From Cyanophora paradoxa CCMP329 (taxonomy: Eukaryota; Plantae; Glaucophyta): 64,000 nucleotides of DNA. Below the pieces are notes generated by a model. The model was not told the DNA's origin and made no database searches. It worked only from the letters and a program-made list of their open reading frames with translations. Shown in pieces: positions 1-12,348 of this stretch (positions within the stretch are counted from its first letter, which is position 1; each line of letters opens with the position of its first letter). A program made the translations under genes and the position numbers. The stretch covers positions 1-64,000 of the forward strand of contig QPMI01000031.1 in assembly GCA_004431415.1 (NCBI GenBank), written 5' to 3'.

Positions 1-61
1 GGGCCGGCGGCGGGGCCGCCGGTCGCGATCGCGCGCTGAGGCGGGGCGGGGCGGGGCGCAG

Positions 62-3000
62 CCTCTGCCAGTCGCTGCCGCAGCTGCTGCACCACAAGGA
101 TGAGGTGGTGCAGCGGTGCATCAAGCACCTCTCGAAGCCCAAGACGCAGGCCCGCGACGCCATCCTCGAGTGCGCCCCCCGCCGCGCCGCGCCGCGCCGC
201 GCCGCGCCGCGCCGCGCCGGGGCTGAGGCGGGGCGGGGGGGCGGCAGGATGGTGGGGACGCTGGCGCGGGACCTGCGGGGGGAGGTCTTCGAGGCGCTGC
301 CGGCGCTGGCGGGGGCCGTCGTCGCCGCCCTCGACCCCACGGACCCGCCCTCCATCGAGGCCGTCTTCTCCTGCCTCTCCCTCCTCCTCAAGCACCTCCT
401 CCGCCAGCTCTCCTCCCGCGTCCCCGAGTTCTTCCGGTACCCTTCGCTTCCCCCCCCCCTCCCCTTCCCCTCCCCGGCCGCCGACGGGGCGGGGCGGGCA
501 GGGCGTACCGGGCGCTGCTGGAGCACCGGAAGGACTACGTGCGCGGCTTCGCGGCCGAGTCCTTCGCCTACCTCCTCCGCCGCGCCAAGGCCCGCCGCCC
601 CGCCCCGCCCCGCCCCGCCCCTGCCCCGCGCCCGTCGCCGAGGGGGCGGGGCCAGGCGTCGAAGCTCCCCGGGCACGTGGACGCGCTGCTGGAGGCGCTG
701 GCGGAGGCGCCGGGCCCCGAGCTCGCCGACGGCACCGCCGCCCTCCTCTTCGAGCTCCTCCGCGTCCGCCCCGCGCCCCGCGCCGCTGAGGCCGCCCCGC
801 CCCGCCGCCCCGCTGAGGCCCGGGCGCGCAGGGGGCGCAGGGGCACCTGCACAGCCGGGCCCCCGAGTTCTTCCCGGCCCTCCTCCAGCGCCTCGCCCCG
901 CCCCCGGGCCCGACGCCGACTCCCGTCCGCCCCCCCCCGCCCCGCCCCGCCCCGCCGGTGCCGGCTCTGAGATCCGCCCCGCAGACGCCGAGCAGCGCTT
1001 CGCGGTGATCAGCGGCGTCCTCGTCCGCCTCTGGGGCCACCTCGGCAGGTCCGCCCCGCCCCGCCCCGCCCCGCCCGCCCCGCCGCCAGCCGGGCCGACG
1101 CGGGGCGCAGCGCGCAGCAGGCGGCGCCGCTGTGGGCGGCGCTGCTCGCGCGGCTCGGGGAGCTCGCTTCGGGGGGCGCCGCGGGGGACGCTGAGCTGGC
1201 GCGGCTCCTCCGCCTCCTCCACCACTGCATCGCCTTCCGCCGCGGCGCCCGCGTCACCGGTCCGCCCCGCACGCCCGCCCGCCCGCCCGGCCGGCCGGCC
1301 GGCCAGCTAGCTGGCTAGCTAGCTAGCTCCGGGCCGCGCTCGGGCTGACGCGCGCGCGCTCGGGCAGACGTGCCGGCGGTGGTGGTGGCGCTGGGGGCGG
1401 CGGTGGAGGCGGCGGGGGCGTGGGGCGGGGGCGCGGCGGCCCCGCGGGCCCTCGCCTGCCTCTCGGCCCTCGCGGGGGTGGCGGACGGGGAGGCCTTCGC
1501 GAAGCACTGCGCCCCCGCCTGCGCCGCCCCGCTCCGGGTGCCCCCGGGCCCCCTCCTCGCCCCGCTCCTCCTCCGCTTCGCCGCGAGTCTGGCCCCGCTG
1601 CCGGCCTTCCCCGCCTTCCTCCTGCCGTGCGCGCTGCGCCGCTGCGACGCGGCGGGGGCGGGCGAGGACGACGCGGCCGTGCTGCTCTTCCTCCGCGCCC
1701 TCGCCTGCCTCCTCCCGTCCCGCCCGACCTCCGCTCCCCCGCCGGCCGCCTCCTCCACACCGGCCCCTCCTCCCCCTCGTCCGCCGCCTCCTCGCCGCCG
1801 TCGCCGGCTGGAAGCCGCCCGCCGCCGCCGCCGCCGCGCCCTCGCCGGGCAAGGGCAAGCGCCCCCGCGACGGCGCCTCGGCGGCGGGGAAGGCGGCGGG
1901 GGCGGGGGCGGGGGCGGGGCGGGACGCGGGGTGGCTGGAGGGGGCGCTGCGGGCGCTGGCGGCGCTGGACACGGGCCTCGAGGCCGGCCTCGCCGCCGCC
2001 GACGGCGCCGCCGCCGCCCTCGACGCCGCCCTCGCCGCCGCGGGGCCCGACGGCCCCGCCCGCGCCCCGCTCGTCCGCGCCCGCGCCGCCGCCGAGGCCG
2101 CCCGCGCCGCCCTCTTCCGCTCCTACGCCCCGGTGCACCCGAGGGGCGGGCGCGGCGCAGCCGGCGGCCGCTGACGGGGCTCGCGGGACGCAGGGCGTGC
2201 GCGCGGGGAGCTGGCGAGGGCGCTGGCGGTGGGCGGTGCCCACGCCGGCGAGTGGCGCATCCTGCGCGCCGTGCGCGAGTTCGCCGAGTTCGCCGCCTCC
2301 GCCCCCGCCGCCGAGCCCGCGCCCGGCGACAAGGGCGCCGCCCCCGCGCCACGCGCCGCGGCCCCCGCGGCCCCGCGCACGACAAGAAGTCCGCCAAGAA
2401 GAAGGGCGGCAAGGAGGCGGCGGGGCGGGCCTCCTCGGCGCCGGCGGCGGCGCCGGAGGCGGTGACGGGGGCGGGGGCGGGGCGGCCGGCGGAGCTCTCG
2501 TCGGCGGCGCTGGCGGAGCTGATGTCGCGCACGGAGTCGAACCTGGGGTCCCCCGTGGGCCCCCTCCGCCTCGAGACGCTCCGCCTCTGGGCCTGCTTCG
2601 ACCCGCTCCACTTCGCCCCGCTCGAGGGGGCGCCCCCCGGCGGGGGCGGCACGCCCCTGGTGGGCGCGTGCCCGCTGCTGCGGACGCTGCTGGAGGCGGA
2701 CGAGGTGCCGCTGACGGCGACGGAGGGCAAGGGCAAGGTCCTCCTCCTCCGCCGCGCCGAGGTCCGCCCCGCCCCGCCCGCCCGCCCCGCGCCGCGCGGC
2801 CTCACGCGGCCTCACGCGGGGGCGCCTCAGGTGATGATTAAGACGGGCCGCCTGCCCGCCGCCTACCTCAGCGGTGCGGGGGGCGGGGCTCAACGCGGGG
2901 CCGGGCCCCGGCGCTGACGCGGGGCGGGTCGCGCAGCGGTGCCGCACTACGCGCTGGGGCTCCTCCACGTGAAGTTCTCCCTCGTCTGGCCCCTCGCCGC

Positions 3001-6000
3001 CGACCTCCTCGCCGCCGCCGCCTCGACGCGGCACGCGCTGGGGCCCGCCGGGGGCCCCCACGCCGCCTTCGACGCCATGTGGCCGACCATCCGCCAGCAC
3101 GTCCTCGACGCCCACCGCGCCTGCGCGCCCCCGAGCTCCCATCCGCCCCGCCGTCCGTTCCCTCGCCGCTGACCGCCCCGCAGCGGACGCGCGGGCGACG
3201 GGCGCCGCGGCCGCCGAGGAGGAGGAGTCAGAGGAGGAGGATGAGGAGGACGAGAAGGAGGCGGAGGCGAAGAAGAAGAAGGCTGCGGCGGGGGCGTTTG
3301 AGGCGGGGTGGCGGCGGCGGGGCCTGCGGGGGCGCGAGAAGCGCCTCACGAAGAAGCGGACGAGCCGGCAGTCGCGGCGGGCGATCGCGGGGGCGATCGC
3401 GGGTCGCGAGGTGCGCCTCTTCGAGGCCGCCTGGCTCGCCGAGGGCTTCGCGGAGCGCGAGGAGGAGGCGGCGGCGCCCGAGGGGGAGGGCGGCGGCCCG
3501 ACGGACGCCCTCACGCGCCACGCCCAGCTCTTTAAGTGCCTCGTCGCCCTCGCCCCCGAGGTGCCCCGCCCCGCCCCGCCCCGCCCAGCCCCGCCCCGTC
3601 CAGCGCTGAGGGGACCCTCTTCTCCGAAGGTGGAGCGGCACTCGCGGGACGTGGCGCCGCTCTTCCTCGACTTCCTCGAGGGCGAGTACGCCGAGGCCAC
3701 CGCCACGGGGCCCCGCCCCGAGGCCCTCGCCGCCCTCGAGGAGGGGGCCGCCGAGCCGGCGGCCAAGCGCGCCCGGCCCTCGGCCGGCGAGGACGAGGAA
3801 GAGGCGGCGCTCGAGGCGCTGGGCGACGAGGGCGACGGGGAGGACGAGGAGGAGGAGAAGAGCGGCGAGGGCAAGGAGGGCAAGGAGGATGCCAAGGCCG
3901 AGCCCGGCAAGGATGCGGAGGAGTCGGAGGATGGGAAGGAGGGCGCGGGCCGGGGGGCGGGGGGCCCGGCGGGGTCGCGGCGGGCGGCGGGGAGCAAGCT
4001 GAAGGACCACCTCGCGCTCTTCGCCGCCTTCCGCTCCCCCCGCGGCCTCCACTCCCACGAGCGCCTCCGCGCCGCCTTCTTCCGGTGCCCCCGCCCGCCC
4101 CGCCCCGAGCCCGGGGAGGCCAAGCGCAGCTGAGGCGGGGCGCGGCGTCTTGCAGGCTGCTGTGCAAGACGGAGGAGAAGGTGCAGGCGCTGGCGCTGGA
4201 GTGCGCGCTGCTCTGGAAGGAGGACGCCGTCCACACCTTCGCCGACCGCCTCCGCCGCATCGTGCGCGCCCCGCCCCCCGCCGCCCCTCTCTCGAAAGCG
4301 AGGCGAGCCTTGTCCCGCAGGTGAAGGAGGGGACGATGCGGGAGGAGCTCGTCCTCCTCTCCGTCGACATGGACCCCGGTGCTTTGCCCCCTCCCTCTGC
4401 TCTGCTTTGCTCCTCCGTCTCTGAGGCGGGGCGGGCAGCCTCGGGGGTGGTGCGGGAGGAGCACCGGGGCGCGCTGCTGCGGGTGGTGACGCGGCTGCTC
4501 TACGGGAAGATGATGCAGCGGCGGGGCCAGGGGGCCGCCACGAAGGGCGCCCTGGCGGCCCGCCGCGCGGCCATCCTCGCCTTCTTCGCCGCCCTCTCGC
4601 GCCCCGGCGAGCTCGGGCCCCTCCTCGCCCTCCTCCTCGACCCCTTCCGCGCCCTCCTCCCGCGGGGCGCCCCCGCTCCGGGCGCCGCCCCCGAGGACCC
4701 GGAGGACCCAGCCCCGCTCGCCGGGGCGCACCTGGCGACGGCCAAGGCGCCCCCGGCGAAGGTGTACGGTGCGGTGCCGCTGGGGAAGCAGGCGGGGTAC
4801 GCGGCGGTGCTGGGCGATCTGCTGCAGCAGCTCGGCTCGCTCCTCGCGGGGCACCTGCCCCCGCTCCTCTCCGTCGCCCTCGCCCTCCTCCGCGCCGCCC
4901 ACGCCCGCCTCTCCGCCCCCGCCCCCGCCCCGGTCCCCTCGCTCCCGCCCCCCGCCGCCGCGCGGGCGCTGCGGAACGCGCTGCTGAAGCGGCTGGGGGC
5001 CCTCCTGGGGCGCTTCCCCGCCGAGGTGGCGGCCCTGGGCGCCCCCTTCCACGGCCCCGTCCTCGACGCCGTCGAGGCCGGCATCGAGAACGCGGCCAGG
5101 GAGGCGACGCAGGCCAACACGGGCGCCCTCGAGTGCGTCGCGGCGCTCGCGGACCCCGCCGGCCCCCTCCTGCCGCTCCTCGCCTCCCGCCCCGCGCTCC
5201 TCGCGGCGGCCCTGGCGCTGCTCGGGGCGCCCCGCGTGGCGGACGCGGTGGCCTCGCAGGCGCTGGCCGTGGCGGAGGGCCTCGCCGCCTCGGAGGCGGC
5301 CGGCATGCCCCTGCTCCTCCCCCACGCCCCGGCCCTCGTCGGGCACCTCGAGCGGCTGCTGGCGGGGCGCCCCGCCGCCCCGCGCGGCCCCGCCGGCGGC
5401 CTCGGCCTCCGCGTCCTGCGCCTGCTCTCGGCCCTCGTGCCGCACGCCCCGCCCGGCGGCGCCCTCGCCTCCCGCCTCGTCGAGCTCCTCCTCCCCTTCC
5501 TCCACCCGCGCCGCCGCGTGCCTCTCGGTCCGCCGTTCATTTCTCCGTTCGCCCGCCCAGCCTTCTCTGACCGCCGGGGCGCCGCGCGGCAGAGGCGAAG
5601 GAGCAGGTGCTGCGGGTGCTGGCGGCGCTGGTGGACGGGGGCCTCCCCGAGCCGGCCGCCCTCCTCCCCAAGCTCTCCCCGCTCCTCGGCCCCGAGGGCC
5701 TCCACGCCGTCCGCCCGCCCCCGCCCCCCGCCCGCCCGCGCAGCCTGATTTCAAGGCAGGGGACGACGCGGGTGCTGCTGGCGGCGTGCGTGGGGGCGGT
5801 GGCGCGGCGGCTCCCGCCCGAGACGCTGGGGCCCGTCGCCGAAGTCCTGGCCGGCCTCAACGCCCTCTCTGAGTCGCGCATCGAGGAGCCCGACTACGAG
5901 GCCCGCCTCGCCGCCTGCGCCCGCATCGCGGGGACCGCCCCGGGAGCCGCCCCCTTCTTCCCCGCCCTCGCCCAGCCCCTCCTCCAGCTCCCGCCCCTCC

Positions 6001-9000
6001 TCTCCACCCTCCTCTTCTACGTGCGCGCCCCTCGCACCCCTCCCCCCTCCTCCCTCGCCCCCCTCTGAGCGCGGCGGGGCGGGGCGGCAGCTGCACGACG
6101 CGGACATGGCGGTCCGCAACGGCGCCTCCGACTCGCTCTCCGCCTTTGCCCGCTACGCCGCGGCCGCCTGCAAGGAGACGGGCCCCGAGGGCGAGGAGCG
6201 GCGGCGTGGGCTCACCGCCCTCGTCCAGCACATGCTCCTCCCCGCAATCCGCCGCGGCCTCCGCACCGCCCGCGAGACCGCCCGCCGCGTCCGCCCCGCC
6301 CCGCGCATTCAGCCCCGGCCGGCACGCCCTCACGGCGCGAGGCCTGCGCGCAGGAGCTGGTGCGGCTGCTCTCGGACCTCGCCAAGGGCTTCCCCGCCCT
6401 CTGCCCCGACCTCCAGGTCCGCCCCGCCCCTCGCGCCCCGACCCGCTCCCCGCGGCGCCGTGCGAGCGCGCGGGCAGCACGCGCTGGGGGGCGGGGACGA
6501 GGAGTCGTCGCTGCTGTTCGCGCTGGTGCACATCCAGGCGCACCGCCGCCTCCGCGCCCTCGCCCGCCTCCGCGACCAGGCCCGCGACGCCCGCTTCGCA
6601 CCGGTCCGCCCGCCCCGCCCCGCCCCGCTCCCTCTGCCCGACGCCGCCGGCCGCGCAGGCGACGCTAGCGGGCTACTTCGTGCCGCTGGTGACGCACATG
6701 CTGACCGACGAGGGCGCCCGCGTCGACATGCCCCTCGCCGAGGCCGCCGCCGCCGCCCTCGGCGCCGCCGCCGCTCGCCTCGAGTGGAAGCAGTACAGCG
6801 CGCTGCTCGCCTCGCTGCTGCGGGCGCTGCCCAAGCGGCAGGACATCCAGCGCGCCCTGCTCGCTGCCACATGCGCCCTCCTCGACGCCTTCCACTTCGA
6901 CCCCTGCGCCGAGGAGCCCGCCGCCGCCGCCGAGGCCGCCGCCAAGGAAGGCGAGGAGGAGGACGAGGACGAGGAGGAGGAGGGGGACGGGGAGGAGGGG
7001 GCGGCCGACGCGGAGGCGGCGGCGCCGGGGGAGGACGACGAGGCGCCCGAGGAGGAGAACACGGCGGCGGACGGGGCGGCCGGCGAGGGCGGCGAGCGGC
7101 GGCGGGGCCCCGGCGCCGGCGGGCGGGCGCGCAAGGGCCGCAAGAAGAAGGGCGGGGAGGAGGCGGTCCCCGCGGGGCCGGGCAAGGGCGGGCCCAAGGC
7201 GAAGGAGCCGGAGGACGACGGAGGCCTCGGGGCGCGCAAGAACCGCGTCCTCGTCGCCCTCACCCGCCGCGTCCTGCCCCCGCTCTACGCCCACCTCGCC
7301 GGCCCCAAGCGCCACGACAAGCCCGACCCCGTGCTTCTCCCCTCCGCCCTCCGCCCCGCCCCTGCCGCTCCGCTAAACTCGAGCTCGCCCCTCGCAGGCG
7401 GCGGCGCAGCGGGTGGCGGTGGCGCTGGCGGTGGTGAAGGTGCTGCTGCTGCTGCCCGAGGAGGTCACCCACGCCCAGCTCCCCCGCCTCCTCTCCGGTC
7501 CGCCCCCGGCGCCCCGCGTCCCGGACAGAGCGGGCCGCCGATGGGGGCGGGGGACAGTGCTGTGCGGGTCGCTGCGGAGCCGGGAGGAGGAGGTGCGGGA
7601 GGCGGGGCGGGGCACGCTGGGCAAGGTGGCGGCCGCCCTCGGGCCCCGCTACCTCCTCTTCGTCGTCAAGGCCCTCTCCGCCGCCCTCCTCCGCGGCTAC
7701 CAGGCGCGCGCCTTCTTCGCTTTCGGTCCCTTTGTTTCTTTTCCCGCTGTTTCGCGGTCTAGAGCTCCCTGAGACCGGGTCCCGGCCGACGTGATGAAAC
7801 TGGATTCCCCTTCGTGACGCACCCGCTGAACGAACCAATACCACAGCTCACTCTGATCCCGGCCGCTAGAGCGTTCTCTTAAGCACCCCGCTTTTCCTCT
7901 TTTTTTTCTCGAGCCGATCTGATGAAACTGGATTCCCCTTCGTGACGCACCCGCTGAACGAACTAATACCACAGCTCACTCTGATCCCGGCCGCTAGAGC
8001 GTTCTCTTAAGCACCCCGCTTTTCCTCGTTTTTTCGCGAGCCGACGTGATGAAACTGGATTCCCCTTCGTGACGCACCCGCTGAACGAACCAATACCACA
8101 GCTCACTCTGATCCCGGCTGCTCAAGCTTTCTCTCTAGCACCCCGCTTTTCCTCGTTTTTTCTCGAGCTGATCTGATGAAACTGGATTCCCCTTCGTGAC
8201 GCACCCGCTGAACGAACTAATACCACAGCTCACTCTGATCTCGGCTATGTTTCCATTTATTCCCCTTTTCCATTCCTCGGGCCGCGTGATGAAACTGGAT
8301 TCCCCTTCGTGACACACACGCTGAACGAACCAATACCACAGCTCACTCTGACGCCCGCCGCCCCCTTTCCTTTTCCATCCCCTTTCCTCCACCCTTGAAG
8401 GGCGCCCAGGCCTGCGGCTGATGCGGCTCCCTCCCGCCCGCGCGCGCAGGTGCACGTGCTGGGCCACGCGCTTCACGCGGCGGTGGCGGCGATGGGGGCG
8501 GCGGGGGTGCTGGCGGCGGGCTCGATCGACTACTGCCTGCCGACGCTGGTGCCGATGCTGCTGCGGGACGTGACGGGCGAGGTCGCCGCCGAGCGCGAGG
8601 TCGCCGCCATCGCCGCCTCCGTCAAGGAGTCCAGGCCCGCCCCCGCCCGCCCCCGCCCGCCCCTGCCCGGCAGCTCTAGATCTGGACCGATGTTTCCGGC
8701 GCAGGAGCTGCAAGAGCCTGGAGACGCTGGAGATGGTGGCCCGCGTGGCGACCTTCGAGGCGCAGGCCCCCGGCCTCGTCGCCGCCGTCGCCGGCGCCCT
8801 CCCCGCCGGGGCCCCCGCCGACGCCGGGCCCTCCTCCTCCTCGCGCCGCAACCCGGCGGACGACGCCGAGGGGCGCCTCCTGCGGCGCCTCCAGGAGCTC
8901 CTCCGCCGCCTCGTCCTCGGCTTCTCCCACAACCCCACGTGCGCTCCAAGGTCCCCGCGCTCGCCTCGCCCGCGCTGTCCTGAGGCGGGCGGGCGGGCGG

Positions 9001-12000
9001 GGCAGGGCGGAGCCGGGCCCCGTGCTCCTCTTCGTGCACGGCGTGGTGACAGAGCACCTGGGGCCGGAGCTGCAGGCGGCGCAGGCGGCGGCGGCGGCGG
9101 CGCTCAAGGTGCAGGGGGCGGCGGGGAAGGTCGTCAAGCGCGTGCGGCTGGCCCCCGGCAAGGCCCTCCTCGTCGAGTTCGGCCTCTCCCTCCTCCACGC
9201 GCACCTCAAGCGCGGTCGCTTCGACACCGCCGACGCCGCCCACATGCAGGCCCGCCCCGCCCCGCCCCGCCCCGCCCCGCCCGCCGGCGCCCGGGCCGAG
9301 AGCTCAGGCCCCGCCAGATGCTGGACCCGTTCGTCGGGCTCCTCGACTCGTGCCTGGCGACGCGCAACAGCGCCCTCCTCTCCCTCGCCCTCAAGGTGGC
9401 GCCCTCCGCTCTCCCCGCCGCCCCGCCGCCCCCTCTGCGCCTGACGGCGGGGCCAGTGCGTGACGGCGCTGGGGCGGCTCCCGCTGCCGGCGCGCGAGGC
9501 CCGCATGCCCAGCATCGCCTCCAAGCTCTTCGCCATGATGCAGGTCCGCCCCCCGCCCCGCCCCGCCCCGCCCCGCCCCGCTTCCTCGGGCCGGGCCTCG
9601 CCGAGGCGGGGGGCCGGGCAGCGTGCGGGGGCGTCGACGGCGGCGTCGGAGCTGGCGCAGACGTGCTTCCGCTCGGCAGCGGCGCTGCTGCGGGACTGCC
9701 CCGCGTGGAAGCCCCGCAAGGGCGAGCTCCGCCTCCTCCTCACCCTCGCCGCCTCCGAGGCCCTCGAGGTCCAGGTCCGCGCCGGCCCCGCCCCCGCCCC
9801 GCCCCGGCCCCGCCCTCTCGATCTTCTGATGGGCGCGCAGGTCTCGTCGACGGCGTTCAGCCTGGCCAAGGCGCTCGTGGCGCGCCGGGTGGTCATGCCC
9901 GAGATGTACGACCTCGCGGACCGGCTCGCCGAGCTGGCGGTGCAGGCGCACGACCCGCGCGTCCGCGCCTCGTGCCGCGCCGTCCTCCACCAGTTCCTCC
10001 TCCAGTACCCCCTCGGCGAGCAGCGCCTCCGCAAGACCCTCCAGGCCCGCCCCCCCGCCCCGCCCCGCCCCGCCCCGCCGCAGACGCCCGGCCTGACGCG
10101 GCGGGCGCAGTTCTTCCTCGCCGGCCTCTCCTACAAGCACGCCGACGGCCGCCTCGTCCGCCCCGCCCCGCCCCGCCCGGCCCGCGCCCGGCCGGCCGGC
10201 CCGCCTTAGCTCCTTTGCAGAGCAGCGCGGAGGTGCTGCGGGGCGTCGTCGCCAAGTTCCCGCAGGACGTCCTCGACGCCCACGCGCGCCCGCCCCGCCC
10301 CTGCACGCTCCCCGCGCTGACCGCCCCGGGCAGGCCTCTTCCTCCTCCTCCCCATCGCCGCCCGCCTCGGCTCGGACCCCGCCCCCGCCTGCAAGCGCGC
10401 CCTCGCCGCCCTCTTCAAGGCCCGCCCCGCCCGCCCGAGCGCGCCGCGCAACGCCGCCGCCGCTGACGGGCGGGCGTGCAGGAGCTGCTGGCGCGGGCGG
10501 GGAAGAAGGTGCAGGAGGAGGTGCTGGGCACGCTGCTGCCGGCGTGGCTCGCCCCGGGGCCCAACGCCAAGCCCGCCCTCCGCCGCCTCGCCGCCCAGGT
10601 CCCCGCCCGCGCCCCCGCCGCGGCGGACGGCGCCGCTGAGGGCGGGCGGGGCGGGGCAGCTGTGCGGGCTGGCGGCGGAGGCGCTGGGGGCGTCCTTCGG
10701 GCGGCACCTGCCGCGCCTCGCGCCGGCCGTCCTCGCCCTCCTGCCCCGCCCGCGCGCGGGACCTCGACGGGCAGGGCGACGAGGCCGCGCGCCCCTTCTC
10801 CGCCCGCGGGGCCGCCCCCGAGGAGGAGGCCGCCGCCCCACCCCCCGCCGGCGAGGACGGCGCGGCGGAGGGCGCCGAGGAGGAGGCCGTCGCCTCCGGC
10901 GACGAGAAGGGAGAGGAGGCGGGTGAGCAGGCGGACGGCGGCGCGGCCACGGGGGACGAGGAGGAGGACGCGGAGGAGGCGGCGGCCGCCGGAAACGGCG
11001 AAGCAGATGACGACGACGAAGAGAAGGAGGCGGGCGGGGGCGCCGCAGAGGAGGAGGAGGAGGGGGCCGCGGGGGCGGGCGGGGAGTGGGAGCTGGCGTA
11101 CACGGCGCTGTGCTGCGTGGAGCGCTGGCTCGCCGCCGTCCCCGGCGCCGCCCCCGACGCCCCGGGCACCCTCGCCGTGCGCCCTTCCCCCGTCCCGCCC
11201 GCCCGCCCCGCCCGCCCCGGTCCCCGCCGAGCGCCGGCGCGCGCAGGCGCTGTGGCGGGCGATGCCGGCGGCGCTGACGTACGAGCACGCGTGGGTGCGG
11301 CGGGCGGCCGGCCGCGTGCTCGGCGCCTCCTCGCGGCGCGGCCGGGCGGGGCGGCGGGGGCGGCCTCGGACGCCGTGCTGGGGGCGCCGGGGGCCCTCGC
11401 GCGGCTGGCGGGGGCGCTGTGCCGGCAGCTGGCGGCGGACGAGCGGCTGGAGGCGAAGGCGGCGGACCAGGCCGTCCGCAACCTCCTCTTCGTCGCCACC
11501 GCCCTCCGCCACGCCGGCCCCGCGCCCCCGGCCCCGCAGGCCCCGGAGGCCCGGCGGCCGTGGCGAGCGAGGCGTCAGGGAGCGAGGCGGAGGCGGGGGC
11601 GGGGGCGGGGCCCGGGGCGGGGCGGCGGCGGCCGCGGAAGGAGGGCCTGGCGTGGCTCATGGCGCGGGCCTCGCGGATCGCGCGGAGCGTGGGCCCGGGG
11701 CCGAGGCCCGCCGCTCGGCGGCCATCCGCTTCTTCGCGGCGGCGGCCGTGCAGTGGTGCCCGGCGCCGCCCGAGGGCCAAGAGCCCCCCGCCGCCTCCCC
11801 CATCGGGCCCTACCTCGACGACATCCTCGGTCCGCCCCGCCCGCCCGCCCCGCCCGCCGCCAGGCCGGCTGCTGAGCCCCCGCGGCCGCAGGCCCGCTGT
11901 ACCGGATCCTGAACGACGGGGACGAGCGGGCGGAGAAGGGGGCCGGGGGCGTGAAGGCCCTTGCGGGGGAGGCGCTGGAGGTGGTGCGGGGGCGGGCGGC

Positions 12001-12348
12001 CCCCGGCGAGTTCGCCGCCGCCTTCGAGCGCGTCCGCTCCGCTGTCGCCGAGGTCCGCGATGCCCCGCCGCCCCCGCCCCGCGCCCCGCGGCCGACGCGG
12101 GCGGGGCAGGTGCGGCGGAAGCGGCGGGCGGAGCGGGCGGCGGAGGCGGTCTCGGACCCCGCGGCGGCCGCCCGGCGCCGCGCCTCCAAGCTCCAGCGCA
12201 AGGTCCGCCCCCGCCCCCGGCCCCGCCCCGGCGCCGCGGCGAGCCGGGCGCGCAGGCGGAGTCGCGGAAGCGGAAGGTGGCGCAGTTCGTCGAGGCGCGC
12301 CCCAAGAACCGCATCAAGCGCTCCCGCCCCGCCCCGGGCGCCCGCTAG
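62..12348 (+). CDS. UTP20: U3 snoRNA-associated protein 20 (SSU processome HEAT-repeat protein); many introns; 5' end lies upstream of the window
   Basis: Manually spliced exons give LCQSLPQLLHHKDEVV, LEMVGTLARDLRGEVF, HRKDYVRGFAAESFAYLLRR, LVHIQAHRRLRAL, LLDAFHFD, LLRGYQ|VHVLGHALH, QFLLQYPLG and C-terminal EAVSDPAAAARRRASKLQRK, all typical of UTP20/DRIM. Stop TAG at 12346-12348. Confidence 0.93.
7791..7856 (+). ncRNA. Box C/D snoRNA-like unit, copy 1 of 5 in the UTP20 intron 7704-8449
   Basis: C box GTGATGA 7791-7797, D box CTGA 7853-7856, flanking stem cggccg/cggccg, two rRNA-antisense-like tracts. Confidence 0.88.
7919..7984 (+). ncRNA. Box C/D snoRNA-like unit, copy 2
   Basis: cTGATGA...CTGA, 66 nt, flanking stem gccg/cggc. 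Confidence 0.85.
8046..8111 (+). ncRNA. Box C/D snoRNA-like unit, copy 3
   Basis: GTGATGA...CTGA, flanking stem agccg/cggct. Confidence 0.87.
8173..8238 (+). ncRNA. Box C/D snoRNA-like unit, copy 4
   Basis: cTGATGA...CTGA, flanking stem agctga/tcggct with one G-U pair. Confidence 0.85.
8286..8351 (+). ncRNA. Box C/D snoRNA-like unit, copy 5
   Basis: GTGATGA...CTGA, flanking stem cgggc/gcccg. Confidence 0.87.

Noticed and set aside
7821-7831. ACCCGCTGAAC resembling the 5' end of LSU rRNA
   Set aside because: Only 11 nt, in the variable loop of the snoRNA, and not conserved in copy 5 or the NOP15 copies. There is no rRNA gene here.
7791-8351. CRISPR-like repeat-spacer array
   Set aside because: The repeats are 66 nt with C/D boxes, the spacers are homologous to each other rather than unique, the array is intronic in a eukaryotic gene, and no cas genes are present.
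1315-12317. Long Arg/Pro/Gly/Ala-rich ORFs on both strands (up to about 900 aa here and at 29-40 kb)
   Set aside because: Stop-codon scarcity in extremely GC-rich DNA. They are antisense or off-frame shadows of spliced genes.
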